From NCBI RefSeq assembly GCF_009914755.1, contig NC_060943.1: a DNA stretch of 64,000 nucleotides; one strand, written 5' to 3'. Below, piece after piece: positions 18,975-45,430 of the stretch; the stretch's first letter is position 1, and each line of letters starts with the position of its first letter. This DNA comes from the human T2T-CHM13v2.0 reference genome, Homo sapiens. The notes beneath the pieces were generated by a model, which had not been told where the DNA came from, did not search any database, and saw only the letters and a program-made list of their open reading frames with translations. Both the position numbers and the translations under genes were made by a program.

Positions 18975-21260
18975 CAAAATGCATAACCAAATTGTGGTAC
19001 ATTCATGCAATGGAATGCTATTTAGCCATAGAAAGGAACAAGATATCAACACACACAAAGACATGAGTGAATCTTGCATGCACATTGCTAGGTGGCAGAA
19101 GACAGTCTGAGGAGGATACACACAGTGTGACCTCATTTAATGAGACACTGGAGAAGGCAAACTACACAGATGGGAAGCCATTGGCTCCATGGGGTGGAGG
19201 TTTGAGGCATTCCATATGATACTTTAATAGTGGGATACCTGCCACAATGCATTTGTTGAAATACGCAGAATTTTACGGCCAAATGGTTAAAGCAAACTCT
19301 ATTCAAATTACATAAAATTACTCAGGATGTGGAGTATCCCACGACAGAATACATCATGTGAAAAAGAATTTATGCTACAAATTACTATGGTTTGGATGTG
19401 GTTTGTCCCCGCAAAAACTCATGTTGAAATTTGACCCCCACTGTGGCAGTGTGGGGCGGTGGGGCCTAGTGGATGGTGTTTGGGTCGTGGGGACGGATCC
19501 CTCATGAATAGATTAATGTCCTCCATGGGGTAAGTGAATTCCATTCTCACAGGAATGGATAATTCCTGCAGGAGTAGGTAATTAAAAAGAGTCTGGCTTC
19601 CTTGGCTTCCCTCTTGCTTTCACTTTTGCTATGTGATCTCTGGTGCACCCCTTGCTCCCCTTCCACTTTCCACCATGAGGTGAAAAAGACTGAGGCCCCG
19701 CCAGATGCAACTGCCCAATCTGAGACATTCCAGCCACCAGTATTGTGAGCCAAATGAACCTTTTTTACTTAAACATCAGAATATTTATGCCTACGCATAA
19801 TATTCAGAATACGCAGCCTCAGGTATTCTGTTACAGAAGCACAAAATGGACTAAGACACAAATGTAGGTAAAAACTCACTGAAGGTGTAGAGAAAATGGT
19901 GTTGACCTAAGTCACTTTGAAAATGAATAGAATCTGTAGGCTGAAGGCAAGTGAACTATACTTCATCATTGGATTCCATTTTATAAAGTTCTTTCCAACA
20001 GAAGCAATTGTGAACAATTGTAAAACCACAGTGTCTGTATCTGGAATAAAACAATGACTTACATAAGTCGCAGATGGTGGGAACCAGCTTTCTCACTGTT
20101 GAAGTGGGAGGTTACAAATTAGCAAGGTGAGAAGACTAGAATGATTCATGTGATAGTAGATCAGAGGTGGAGACATCAACGTAAACTTATGTTTAGTTTA
20201 ATATAGATGCACAGTTCTACATAGAAAACTTTGTAATTAGGTGTGTAAAGGTAGGTTAGACACACACATATACTTCCTAGCATTGCCAATAAGGGAGAAG
20301 ATACAATGTGCTCATTCAGCAGCCAGATGTAAGTTTTCCTACCATTCTAAAAGGAATCTGACTCTTTGAAGAAATGTCTGATACTAGAACTGGGACAGTA
20401 AATATAGGAGCCAGGATAATCTGGAAGGATCAGAAAGTAAGTAAGTACTAAAAAAATTAAAATATATCAAAGAAAAATAAGAGCCAATAAAAACAGCTAC
20501 TGATGGCCAACACAGGAATGAATTGTGCAACATAATACTGTAGTGTTGAATAATAACTAAAGCTTAAAGTAATTATCTAGGTGTCTGTATTTGTATACAT
20601 AGGTGAATAAGCAAATGGAGTTGCATAGAAATCTCCTTTGCAAAAGAATTCCAAATAACTGATGTAGACACTCAGCCATCAAGAAAGTGGAGCCAACTCC
20701 TCACTCTGTAAGTGTGGGCTCTGCATAGTGACTTGCTCCAAAAGAACACATACAGTATGGACAAGGAGGAGAAATAACCTCACAGTGGAGAAACCTGACA
20801 AACAGTAGCTCTGCCAAACGATCCAAGTTAACATCAAAGCTGACAGTTCACCTTGAGAACATGAAGTGACAATGGGGGGCATTCTACAAAATGCCTGACC
20901 CATCCTCCTCAGTACTATCAAGGTCACCTGAGATGGAAAGCCTGACACACTGTCACAGCCAGGAAGAGCCCACGTGATGACTACATGTCATGCCGGATCC
21001 TGGATGGGATCCTGGGTCAGAGTAAGACAGAACTAAGGGAGTCCAAATGAAATATGAACTTTAGTTAATAATAGTCTCAGTATTGGTTCATTAACTGTGA
21101 CAAATTATGTAAGATATTAATAAGCCATGTGAGACACACTGATAGAAGATGTTAATAAGAGAGGAAACTAGGTTGCGGCTACATGGGAAATCTCTGCTTT
21201 TTTTTGACAATTTCTGTGTAAGTAAAAAAAATGATGTAAAATAAAACTTTATTTAAAACA
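18975..21260 (+). mobile_element. Old L1MC-type 3' region (interrupted by the MaLR)
   Basis: CAAATTGTGGTACATTCATGCAATGGAATGCTA and downstream L1MC-like 3'UTR motifs; homologous to 29370-30940 and 36200-37600. Confidence 0.6.
19385..19858 (+). mobile_element. MaLR LTR (MST/MLT1A-like)
   Basis: CTATGGTTTGGATGTGGTTTGTCCCC start and AAATGGACTAAGACA end. Confidence 0.75.
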
Positions 21261-22127
21261 CTGCTTTTTTTGAACACTTCCTTGTTTAATTATTTATACC
21301 ATGAATTACTAGTAATTGACACTGTTAACTAGTCCTGTTTTTTTAAATAAGAGTATTTATGACACAAAAAATTAAACAGTGCAGACTGATACATAAATCA
21401 AATGTTCTTTACATGTTTTCTGTTGCAGTAGTAACACACATGTGTAAACTTAATTATCACATGTTTTTCTTGTGCTGTGGTTGTGTCCTGGGTTCATTCT
21501 CTAAAATGCTGTTCATCTTAGACCAGGAAAAATATTAACCTTACAGACTCTGTTTCAATTCATAGCTAAATATTTTCAAAAGAGTGACTTTGTAAAAATA
21601 TGTTCCAATGGCAAATTGATTCATTGTGATGGGATCACTTATTCCAAAGACTTCCTGTCTTTATTTTGTTGCCATGCCTACCTTTTAGCCATGATACAAC
21701 AGAATCAAATATTGGCCACTGGGAAAAAATATTCAAAGAAAGAAAGAATGTGAACAGAACTTATGACCATGATGATTCAATGTTTTACCACAATGCTTTC
21801 TAAAACAGAAGAGTGTAAAAGGATATTCAAAGTCAATTTCCTCAGCGAGGCTTTGCAGAAAATGAGGAAACTAGAAAAACAAAAATGGCAGGACATTCTA
21901 CAGGTGATTTTAAATGTTGCTATGTTTTATGGGAAAAAATACTTTACCTTTTAAAGAATCACAAAGAATTGTTGGAAACCCAAACTCTGGAATGTTTGCA
22001 AATTTAGTTGAGCTTCTATGTAATTATGTCTATATAGGTAGCCACAAAGTTGATGATTTTTAAAAATCTGTGCCTTATTTGTGTAATAAAATACACAATG
22101 AATAATTAATGCTCCTAGGAAAACCTT

Positions 22128-22571
22128 ATGAAGGGAAAATAAATCTTGGGGAATCAAAATCACTAAGCTAAAAGGAAAAGTCAAGCTGGGAACTGCTTAG
22201 AGCAAACCCGCCTCCCATTCTATCCAAAGTCACCCATCTGCTCACTGAGATAAATGCATATCTGATTGCCTCATGTGGAGAGGGTAATCAGCAAAGCAAA
22301 AGAATGAAACCATTTGTCTCTTACCTACCTATGACCTGGAAGCCCCCTGTCTGTCCTTCTCACCTTTCTGGACTGAACCAATGTACATCTTTCACATATT
22401 GATTGATGTCTCATGTCTCCCTAAAGTCTATAAAACCAAGCTGTGCCCCGACCACGTTGGGCCCATGTTGTCAGGACCTCCTGAGGATGCATCATGGGTG
22501 CACATCCTCAAGCTTGGCAAAATAAACTTTCTAATAAATCTGAGAGCTGTCTCAGATTTTCAGGGTTCACA
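22128..22571 (+). mobile_element. MER4-family solo LTR
   Basis: TGAAGGGAAAATAAATCTTGGG...AAAAGTCAAGCTGGGAACTG start; CTGTCTCAGATTTTCAGGGTTCACA end. Confidence 0.75.
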
Positions 22572-23292
22572 CATGTAATGTAGGATGTCAATGTTTATAA
22601 AACAGACATTATTCTATCTACTATTAGAAATATGCTACCAATTAACCTTAGACTTTCTCAACAAAATAAAAAATGTTGATGAGGTACAAATAATATACTA
22701 AGCTTAAATAGTGTTGCAAGTTTTAATATGCAACACTATTTATTAACATTTATTAAAATATTAATAAAATTAACATTTTTCAATACTATTTTTACTAATT
22801 TAACACTGTAAGAAAAGTGAATAATTAAAACATGAATAAAAGGGTTTACAAGGGGTGCACATGTTTCCTCCAGTCTCTGCCTATCCCCAGCTTTCATCCC
22901 AACTGTCTTGATGGTGGCTCTAAGCATTTCTCCTTTCTCTATGCCAAGATCTCTCCCAGAAACAAACCCAAATCTTACTATATATTATGGCACGTTATGA
23001 TGATGAGCAGTGATGAGCAGCCGAAGCCTCAAGGAAGGGATGCTTTTGTAAAACAAGACTTGTAGAATATAACGTGTGAAAGTAAAGCACATGGCAGAGC
23101 TCCCTCCTCAGCACACACGGAGCAGACAGGAAGCTTTTGCCTCACCTTCCTCAATGGCCTGCAGCCACGTCTCCCAGGTCAGTCTTAAGGACAACGAAAC
23201 TCTGGTCTTCACTGTGGACACGCCACACTACCAGGTGCTCCAAAGCCATGGTGACTCACCCTCGGGTGGGTCCTGAGGAGAACAAAGCTCTG

Positions 23293-23520
23293 GTTCTAAT
23301 CCTAACCCTAACCCTGTCCCAAGACTTTGACCCTGAACCGAAATCCTGATCCCTACCCTGGTCCCTAATTCTGACCCTTACTTTGACCCTGACTTTGATC
23401 TCGACCCTGACCATGACCCCACCTCTAACCATACTTCCGGCCCTGACTCTGACCCAGATCCTAATCCTATGCCTAACCCTATTATTATCTTTACAATCTA
23501 ACTCTAATCTTACCCTCTAG
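23293..23520 (+). repeat. Highly decayed interstitial telomere-like tract
   Basis: CTAATCCTAACCCTAACCCTG...GACCCTGA...CCTAACCCTA; 6-bp periodicity retained despite heavy substitution. Confidence 0.8.
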
Positions 23521-24757
23521 TGCTAAACAGCTGTACCCAAAAGCACTTTTAAATTATTTAACTTCTTTTCTTGAATTCTCTATGGACATCCTAAAGGAGA
23601 CGTCATTATGTATTTTGCATTCCCTCTGAGTAGTATGGCTTCAGATATGAAGTTGTAATACTTTGCAAGACATAAAAAGTTTGGAGGGTAACAGCACTGG
23701 GTTGTTAGGGATGCATGTTGGCATTCATGATAGTCATTGGTGCTGTTCTCCAAATATTTTCAGTTCATTTTTTATGAACGCATTCTGACTGTTCCATCCC
23801 ACCCACTTAAATTTTCCCATGGCCACATGACTTTTTTTTTTTTTTTTGCCGATGGAGGTGAGAAGAAATAACATGTGACTTTTTCAGGAGAAATCTCCAA
23901 GAAACAGCGTTCTATTCCGCATGCTTTTTTCTCTTTTCTATAGCAATGGGGATCTTATTGACGGTCCCTCCTTCCTTCTGGATTCCTGTGTTAGGATGAC
24001 ACAGCACAGAGCTACCTCTCACCTGACCAGTCATGAGATGTAAATAAATGAGGAAGAAGATTTTTGAGCCACTGAAATTTGGAGGTTGTTTGTCACCACA
24101 GTTTAAGCTAGCCCCCACTGACTGATGCACGGCTGAAGAATGAGTCCGAACTGGCTCTGGACAAGACATGTGAAGAGCGCTCCAGGCTGAGTAAAATTCA
24201 AGGGTTGCCTCAAAGATAACACTGAGCACGATATGTTATTGGGGTGGGTGTGGGATAAATAAGGTACATCAGGTGAGAATAATAAGAAACTCAACTTTAA
24301 AATACGGCGCTGATTTGCACTGTGGAGAGATTCAACTGCCCTGCTTAGCATTTGAGATTGTGATGGATGAACAAACTAATTAAGAGCCCAAAATGAAAGC
24401 TGGGGATAAATATCTGAAGGTGTCTAATATCCCAGTTTTTCATCCTAGAATGGGCAGAGTCCTTGACCCCATTCTAGGGAGATTTCCAAAAGAAAAAAGA
24501 CCTGCATTTCTTCAGCAACCCACACTGAGAGACTTTCCTGCACTTTTGACCTGTGGCTAACACTCCTCACCTTTCATTCTGTCATCAGTGTTTTGGGGAA
24601 GCACCTTTAACTCTCTATGATTTACAGGTTATTCCTAACCTGTAACAGGTTACAGGTTACAGGTTATTATGTAACAGGTTACAGAGCAAGACGCCGTCTC
24701 AAAAAAAAAAAAAAGAGAGACAACACTATTCTTAATAACCTATATAAACAAACACTA

Positions 24758-24892
<135 letters not shown>

Positions 24893-25044
24893 TTAGCCGG
24901 GCATGGTGACACACACCTGTAATTCCAGCTACTTGGGAAACTGACGTAGGAGAACCCTTGAACCCAGGAAGCACAGGTTGCAGTGAGCCAAGATCATGCC
25001 ATTGAGACGAGAGTGAAACTCTCTCAAAAAAAATTTTTTTAATT

Positions 25045-25560
25045 TAAAACAGGTGCGTTCCTTCTCCTGCTTTCTGAGGACGCCCTGCTCTGTAACTGAA
25101 TAGTCGCTAATAAACTCTCTTACCTTCACTATACTCTGTGACTTGCCATAAATTCTTTCCCATGTGAGATCCAAAAACCCACTCTCGGGGTCTGGGACAA
25201 GACTCCTTTTCTGGTGACAAAATTATTCAAATTCTAGAAGAAAACATAGAAAGAAAGCTATGTGACATTGGATTTGGTCATGAGTTTTAACACATGACAC
25301 TCTCAGAGGCATTTGAACCACAGTGAATCCATCTTGATTAAGGGCTGGGTAAAATAAGGATGAGACCTGCTGGGCTGCGTTCCGAGGAGGTTAAGTGTTC
25401 TTAATCACAGGATGAGATAGGAGGTCAGCACATGATGTAGGTCACAAAGACCCTGCTGATAAAACAGGATATGGGAAAAAAAAAAGTCCAAAACCAAGAT
25501 GGAGATGAAAGTGACCTCTAGCTGTCCTCACTGCTCGCTATACACTAATAATATATTAGT
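25045..25560 (+). mobile_element. MER41-family LTR fragments flanking an L1 piece
   Basis: TCAGAGGCATTTGAACCA...CCATCTTGA.TAAGGGCTGGGTAAAATAAGG (MER41 5' end) and an LTR 3' end ...CTCTCGGGGTCTGGG...CTGGTGACA. Confidence 0.6.
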
Positions 25561-26243
25561 GTAACCATCCAAGAGGTTCACCTTGCCCTCTACCTACATG
25601 CTGGACAGCCAGGCACGGTGGTTCGCGCCTGTAATCTCAGCACTTTGGGAGGCCGAGGTGGGAGGATCACCTAAGGCCAGGAGCTCCAGACCAGCCAGGA
25701 CAACATGGCGAAACCCCTATCTCTACTAAAATAAAAAAATAAAAAAATTAGTCGGATGTGGTGGCGGGTGCCTGTAATCCCAACTACTCGGGAGGCTGAG
25801 GCAAGAGAATCACTTGAATCCAGAGGCAGAGGCTGCAGTGAGTCTAGATCACCCCATTGCACTCCAGCCTGGGAAACAAAAACAAAACTCCGTCTCAAAA
25901 TTTAAAAAAAGACAAGACACAGAATGAAACGTAACATTTGCAAAATAGAGATCTGAGCAACAATTTGTATTCAAAATATACAAAGAATTCTTAAAACTCA
26001 ATAGTAAGATAACCTAATAAAAAATGGGTCAAGATCTGAACAGAAACATCACCAAAAAACATGTAGAGATGGCAAATAAACATACCGAAAGAAGCTCAAT
26101 TTCGTATATGATTGGGGGACTAAAAATTCCAACAATAATGAGACCCAACGGTGTGAGACGGTGTGAAAACCCAATGGTGATGAGACAGCGTGTGAAAATT
26201 CCAACTGTGATGAGATGGCGTGGCCCATCTGTACCCGCTAGAA

Positions 26244-26607
26244 CTGAGGCAGGAAAATCAAGTCTGGAGTCAGGAACATAAGGCGGATTCACACTTCAAC
26301 TATGACAGGAAATGTCCTCTCCACAGGGCTACTCCAAGTAAATGACTTTGTAACTTTACTTCATCCTCTTCATTTACACGGGGTGGACACCAAGTAACCA
26401 TTGAAATCCTTTAGAGGGTATTTAAACCCCCAGAGGTTTTGCAACGGGGCCCTTAGGCCCTATGCTCAGCCCGCTCCCACACTGTGGACTGTACTTTCAT
26501 TTTCAATAAATCTCTGCTTTTGTTGCTTCATTCTTTCCTTGCTTTGTGTGTTTTGTCCAATTCTTTGTTCAAGATGCCAAGAACCAGGACACCCTCCACC
26601 AGTAACA
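26244..26607 (+). mobile_element. ERV1 solo LTR (LTR15/MER61-like)
   Basis: TGAGGCAGGAAAAT start; AATAAATCTCTGC; ...CCAAGAACCAGGACACCCTCCACCAGTAACA end. Confidence 0.65.
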
Positions 26608-26816
26608 CAACTGCTAAGCTCTAAAAAAAACTGACAAATGGCCCGGCGCGGTGGCTCACACCTGTAATCCCAGCACTTTGGGAGGCCGAGGCACATGCAT
26701 CATGAGGTCAGGAGATTGAGACCATCCTGGCAAACATGGTGAAACCCCGTCTCTACTAAAATACAAAAAAAAAAAAATTAGCCAGGTGTGGTGGTGAACA
26801 CCTATAGTCCCAGCTA

Positions 26817-27285
<469 letters not shown>

Positions 27286-27753
27286 AAGGACAAATGAATT
27301 GCTGGAGGAAAACCAGGAAGTCTCGTTCACCGCTAGTGGAATGCTTAATGGTACAGCCATTACGAAAGATGGTGTAGAAGACCAGAATATGCCACCCTAA
27401 AATATGACTCTAGAGACTATAAAAAATGGCTCTTTGGCATAAGGATTATTTTCAACTCATTTTCAGAAAATGCAGACACAGAAACAGAGTAGAAGTTAAC
27501 CTTTTATAAGGGAAATTTACATCTACCAAGGAAATCCCCATTTTAACAGAGTCTCCCTCTCAGTACCAGGAACAGAATGATGACTAAATCAACAGAGGTT
27601 CTTCTGAAGGGACTTCCAGAAACACCTTCACAAATGCACCCATAAAAACACACCCAGAAATAGTGCTTTACCAGCTATGTGAGTATCCCTTAATCCTGTC
27701 AAGGGGACAGCTAAAATTAACCATCCCAGTATTTATGCCTAATTTGTGGCTAA

Positions 27754-28137
<384 letters not shown>

Positions 28138-28276
28138 TGAGTAGCTGTGATTACAGGCATGTGCCATAGTGCCCAGTTAATTTTTGTATGTTTAGTAGAA
28201 ATGGGGTTCCGCTATGTTGGCCAGGCTGGTCTCAAACTTCTGACCTCAGGTAATCTGCCCACCTAGGCCTTCCAAA

Positions 28277-28610
28277 GTGCTGGAATTACAGGCGTGAGCC
28301 ACCACGCCCAGCCAAGAGCAGGCTGTTAAAAAGAGTCTGGCTTCCTTGGTTTCTCTCTTGCTTTCTCTCTCGCCATGTGATCTCAGGTGCTGGGATTACA
28401 GGCGTGAGCCACCACGCCCAGCCAAGAGCAGGCTGTTAAAAAGAGTCTGGCTTCCTTGGTTTCTCTCTTGCTTTCTCCCTCGCCATGTGATCTCAGGTGC
28501 TGGGATTACAGGCGTAAGCCACCACGCCCAGCCAAGAGCAGGCTGTTAAAAACAGTCTGGCTTCCTTGGTTTCTCTCTTGCTTTCTCCCTCGCCATGTGA
28601 TCTCAGGTGC
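28277..28610. repeat. 110-bp tandem triplication of an Alu-5'-end/MaLR junction
   Basis: GTGC at 28277, 28387, 28497 and 28607 marks an exact 110-bp period. Confidence 0.93.
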
Positions 28611-28711
28611 ACACTGGCTCCCCTTCTGCTTTCCACCATGTGTTGAGGCACCATAAAGCCCCACCAGATGCAGCTGCCCAATCTTGGATGTTCCTGCCAC
28701 CAGAATCATAA

Positions 28712-28885
<174 letters not shown>

Positions 28886-29073
28886 TAGGCATGCACCACC
28901 ATGCCTGGCTAATTTTTTAAATTGTTTGTAGACATGGGGTCTCCCTGTGGTGCCCAGGTTGGTCTCAAACTCCTAGACTCAAGGGATTCTCCCATCTTAG
29001 CCTCGCAAAGTGCCAAGAGCACAGGTGTGAGCTACCATACCCAGCCAGACATAACATTTTTTTTTTTTTTTGA

Positions 29074-29250
<177 letters not shown>

Positions 29251-30152
29251 TGACCATGTTGGCCAGGCTTGTGTTGAACTCCTGACCTCAGGTAATGCAC
29301 CTGCCTTGGCCTCCCAAAGTGCTGGGATTACAGGTGGGAGCCGCCATGCCCGGCCAACATAAATTTTTAATAGCGTTTTCTAATGAAAGCAATGAGGGCT
29401 CTCTGAAGAAATGGCCAATACAGGGACTGGGACAGTAAATATATGAGCCAGGATAATTAACATACCAGAACAAAAGAAAGTACTCAAAAAATATGAAATT
29501 ATGTCAAAAGGAAAAAAGAACCAATGGAAAGAGCTCCCAAAGGCCAAAGCAGAAACAAATTGAGCAACAAAATACTGCAGTATTGAATAACCAAAGCTTA
29601 AAGTAACTGTCTATGTGTCCACATTTATACAAATAAGTGCATAAGCAAATAAAGTTGAATAGAATTCTCCTTTACAAAAGAATTCCAAATAATTGATATA
29701 GACACTCAGCCATCAAAGAGGTGGAGCTAACATCCCACTCCTTAAATGGGGGCTGTGCATAGTGACTTCCTCCAGAAGAATACATACAATATGGACAAGT
29801 AACTTCACAGTAGAGAAACTGGACAAACACTAGTTCAGCCAGGTGATCACAGTTAATACCAATGGTGATAATTCACCTTGACACCATGAAGTGACAAGAA
29901 TAGCACTTCACCTCTGTGATCTGCTTCCCCCAAACCCATAACCCCAGTCAACTTCTCAGAAAAGCACCAGGTAAATAACAATGGGAGACATTCTACAAAA
30001 CGCCTAACCAGTCCTCCTTAACACCGTCAAGGTCATTGGAAGAAGGAAAGTCTGAGAAACCGTGACAGCCAAGAAGAGCCTAAGGAGTCGTGACAACGAA
30101 TGTTACGTGGGATCCCGGGTGCGACCCTGGAGTAGGGAAAGATAGAACTAAG

Positions 30153-30742
30153 TGTAAACAGTAAAGTTGAGGTTCCTCTTCAAAGACTTTCCTCCCCATC
30201 TAATTAGGAATAAATAGTAACTTCTCTTAGATGTAAAAATTATTCAAAGATCTGTGCTAACATTCTTAAATATCTGCTGGCCATAATAAAGAAATCAATG
30301 TACTGTATGTTCTTAGCGCCCACAATTTAGCCTAAATATTTGCCTGACATGCTTATACTGGTCCAAGCAAGCATTAGGTTATAGCCTCTTCCTCTTCCTT
30401 ATTTGAAGGTGTTTTTACCTTTCACAGCATTCCACAAGTTACTTCTTCCTTCCTTTGTTATCCTCTGCCTTTGCCTCTTTTAAAAATTTATAAGTTGCTA
30501 GAAGATCAGAACAAATACAGAATGTGGGGTCCCGTTTCAGCCAATGGAAACCGGACACAGCAGTAGGGTGGATGCGTCAGGTTATAAATGACCTTGTCTC
30601 CTTTGTTCTGGATACTCTCGTGGTAAAACTGCTGGCGAGTGTACCCTTTATGCAGAAAGTAAAAAAACGGCCTTGCTGAAGAAATTAAATTTATGTTCAA
30701 GTGCTATTTCTTTACAGCACCGGGGAACAAGCATTTCTAACA
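30153..30742 (+). mobile_element. LTR10-family solo LTR
   Basis: TGTAAACAGTAAAGTTGAGGTTCCTCTTCAAAGAC...GCACCGGGGAACAAGCATTTCTAACA; absent from the paralogous position (~21037). Confidence 0.7.
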
Positions 30743-32329
30743 TGAGGAACTCCAAATAAAATATGGGCTTCAGTTAATAATAGCATATCAACATTTGTTC
30801 ATTCACTGTGACAAATGACGTGAGACATACTGATAGAAGATGTTAATAAGAGAGGAAACTGGGTTGAAGCTACATGGGAAATCTGTGTTTTCTTTGCTAT
30901 TTCTGTATAAATCTAAAACAACTCTAAAATAAAACTTAATTTAAAAGTGTTGTATTTTTTCAAACACCTGCTTAATTATTTGTACTAGTAATTACTAGTA
31001 ATTTACCCTGTTAACTATTCCTGTCTTTTAATCAGAGCATTTATGACATAAAAATTAAAGCATACAGATTAATATCTAATTCCAAATAAATGCCTCTACA
31101 TGTTTTATGTTAAAGTAATAACATAGATGTATAAACTTACTTCACATAATTTTTTCTGGTACTGTGGCTGTGTCTTGGGTTCACTCTCTAAAAAGGTGGT
31201 CGGTCGCCTTTTAGACAACCAGGAAAAAAATTCATTTTAGAGACTCTATTTCAATTCATGGTTGAACATTGTCAAAAGAATGTTTAAAAAAGTTCCTTAG
31301 TATCCAAGATTAAAAAAAAAAATGTTTCAATGGCAAATCGATTCATCGTGACTGGATCACTTTCTCTAAAATATCCCTGTCTTTGTTTTCCATGCATGCT
31401 TTTTAGCAATAATACAACAGAATGCAATATTGGCCACTGGGGGAAAAGTATTCAAAGATAGAAAGTGAATAGAATTTGTAACCATGATAATTTAATGTTT
31501 CATTGTGATATTTTCTAAAACAGAAGAGTTTAAGAATATTCAAAGTCAATTTCCTCAATGATACTTTGCAGAATGTGATGAAACTAGAGAAACAAAAATG
31601 GCAGGATATTCTGAGTGATTTTAGATGTTGCTAGGATTTATGGGAAAAAATAATTTACCTGTTAGAGAATCACAAATAATTATTGGAAGCCCAAACTCTG
31701 AAATGTTTCCAAATTTAGTTGAACTTGTAAGTAATTATAATGTCAATATAGCTAGTCATGAAGTTAATGATAAAAGATGACCCATGCCTTATTTATGTAA
31801 TAAAATATACAATGAATGATTAATGCTCCTCGGAAAATACGCTGGACTTGAACTACAATTGAGAGTGTCAGAATCAAAATATATTTGATTGTATAACAGG
31901 AGTAGCCCATCATGAACAAATGTATCATCTCATAAAGTATGCTCACGTTAAATATACTGTCAGAACAATGGAAAAAGCTGTTTTGCCTTTGTTGAAAGGA
32001 AAGAATAATGGAGACAGTCCAGCTTAGGGAATTATTAGGTTGGAAACATACAATGCTGGCATAAGAACGTCCTGGACAGGGATGTAACAGTGAACAGCTC
32101 TGGCAGGTGTAGGAAAGGGTCGCAGCCATCATATCCCCTCCCCAAATGCTCAAACTAAATCTGCACATACGTCTGTATTAGGATTTGGTACATGTTATTT
32201 CGTGTGGGGAGGTATAAACAATGCATTTAAACTTTACGTTTCTAGTTAGAATATGCCTATTGCTAAATATTTCCATATTGATTCAACTACTTCAGTGCTG
32301 TGAGACAAATGAGCTATTACAACACGAAT

Positions 32330-32930
32330 GAAAGCGCTGGCGACTCCGCAGCGCCGGCCGGTCCCCAGCCATCACCCGCGCCGTCCCGATGGCGCCGCTC
32401 GCGTTGCTCCTTTCTCGGCGCCAGGATCTCTCCCCAGGAACCAGCGCAGATTCGGAGGCCACGCTGCGCTGCGCTGCGCTGCGCTGCGCTGTCAGGACGC
32501 GCAGTTCCCGCCCCGCTGAAGGGACACCGTTTTACAACACGCCGCGTAGACCGTGACAGGGAAGTAAGGCCCACGGCAGCGCTCCCTCCTCAGCACTCGC
32601 GGCCGCGGACAGGACGCCTTTTCCTCCTCCTCTCACCTGGTGACCGGGTGTCCCGAACCGCGGCCGCTCCCGGGCGGGTCCTGAAGAGACCGTGGCTCCG
32701 TCTTCCCGGTCGGCGCCCCGGGGCGACGAGTGCGGATCCGCCGCGGTTCCCGCGCGTGCTCCAGGTTGGGCGGGAGCCGGGCGCCCCCTCGCGGCAGTCC
32801 TGGGGAGTCTCTGAAAATCAGCGTTCGGATGACTGCAGGCCGTGATTTCGGACATGTCAACTGAAATCGAGGCCACCATCCCGTGCCTTGATCGGAACGG
32901 ATGGAGATTTTAAAAACTAAAAAAGATGGC
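32330..32930. promoter_or_regulatory. Orphan CpG island with (GCTGC)n microsatellite (32463-32491)
   Basis: Abrupt GC/CpG-rich 600 bp in AT-rich DNA; no recognisable coding gene starts here. Confidence 0.75.
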
Positions 32931-33049
32931 CCGGGCGCGGTAGCTCACGCGTGTAAACCCAGCACTTTGGGAGGCCGAGGCGGGCGGATCACCCGAGGTC
33001 GAGAGTTTGAGACCAGCCTGACCAACGTGGAGAAACCCTGTCTCTACTA

Positions 33050-33202
<153 letters not shown>

Positions 33203-33239
33203 TCAAAAAAATAAAATAAATAAAATAAAAACTAAAAAA

Positions 33240-37600
<4,361 letters not shown>

Positions 37601-37705
37601 ATGACCCTGTGCCGGGTGTGCAGTGAGCCGAGATGGCGCCACTGCACTCCAGCCTGGGCGACAGAGTGAGACTCCGTCTCAAAAAAAAAAAAAAAAAAAA
37701 AAAAA

Positions 37706-39603
<1,898 letters not shown>

Positions 39604-39609
39604 AACTCC

Positions 39610-45430
<5,821 letters not shown>

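Noticed and set aside
32300-32845. 181-aa ORF across the orphan CpG island
   Set aside because: Non-ATG start, Arg/Pro/Ala-rich composition typical of GC-rich non-coding DNA, and no homology recognised.
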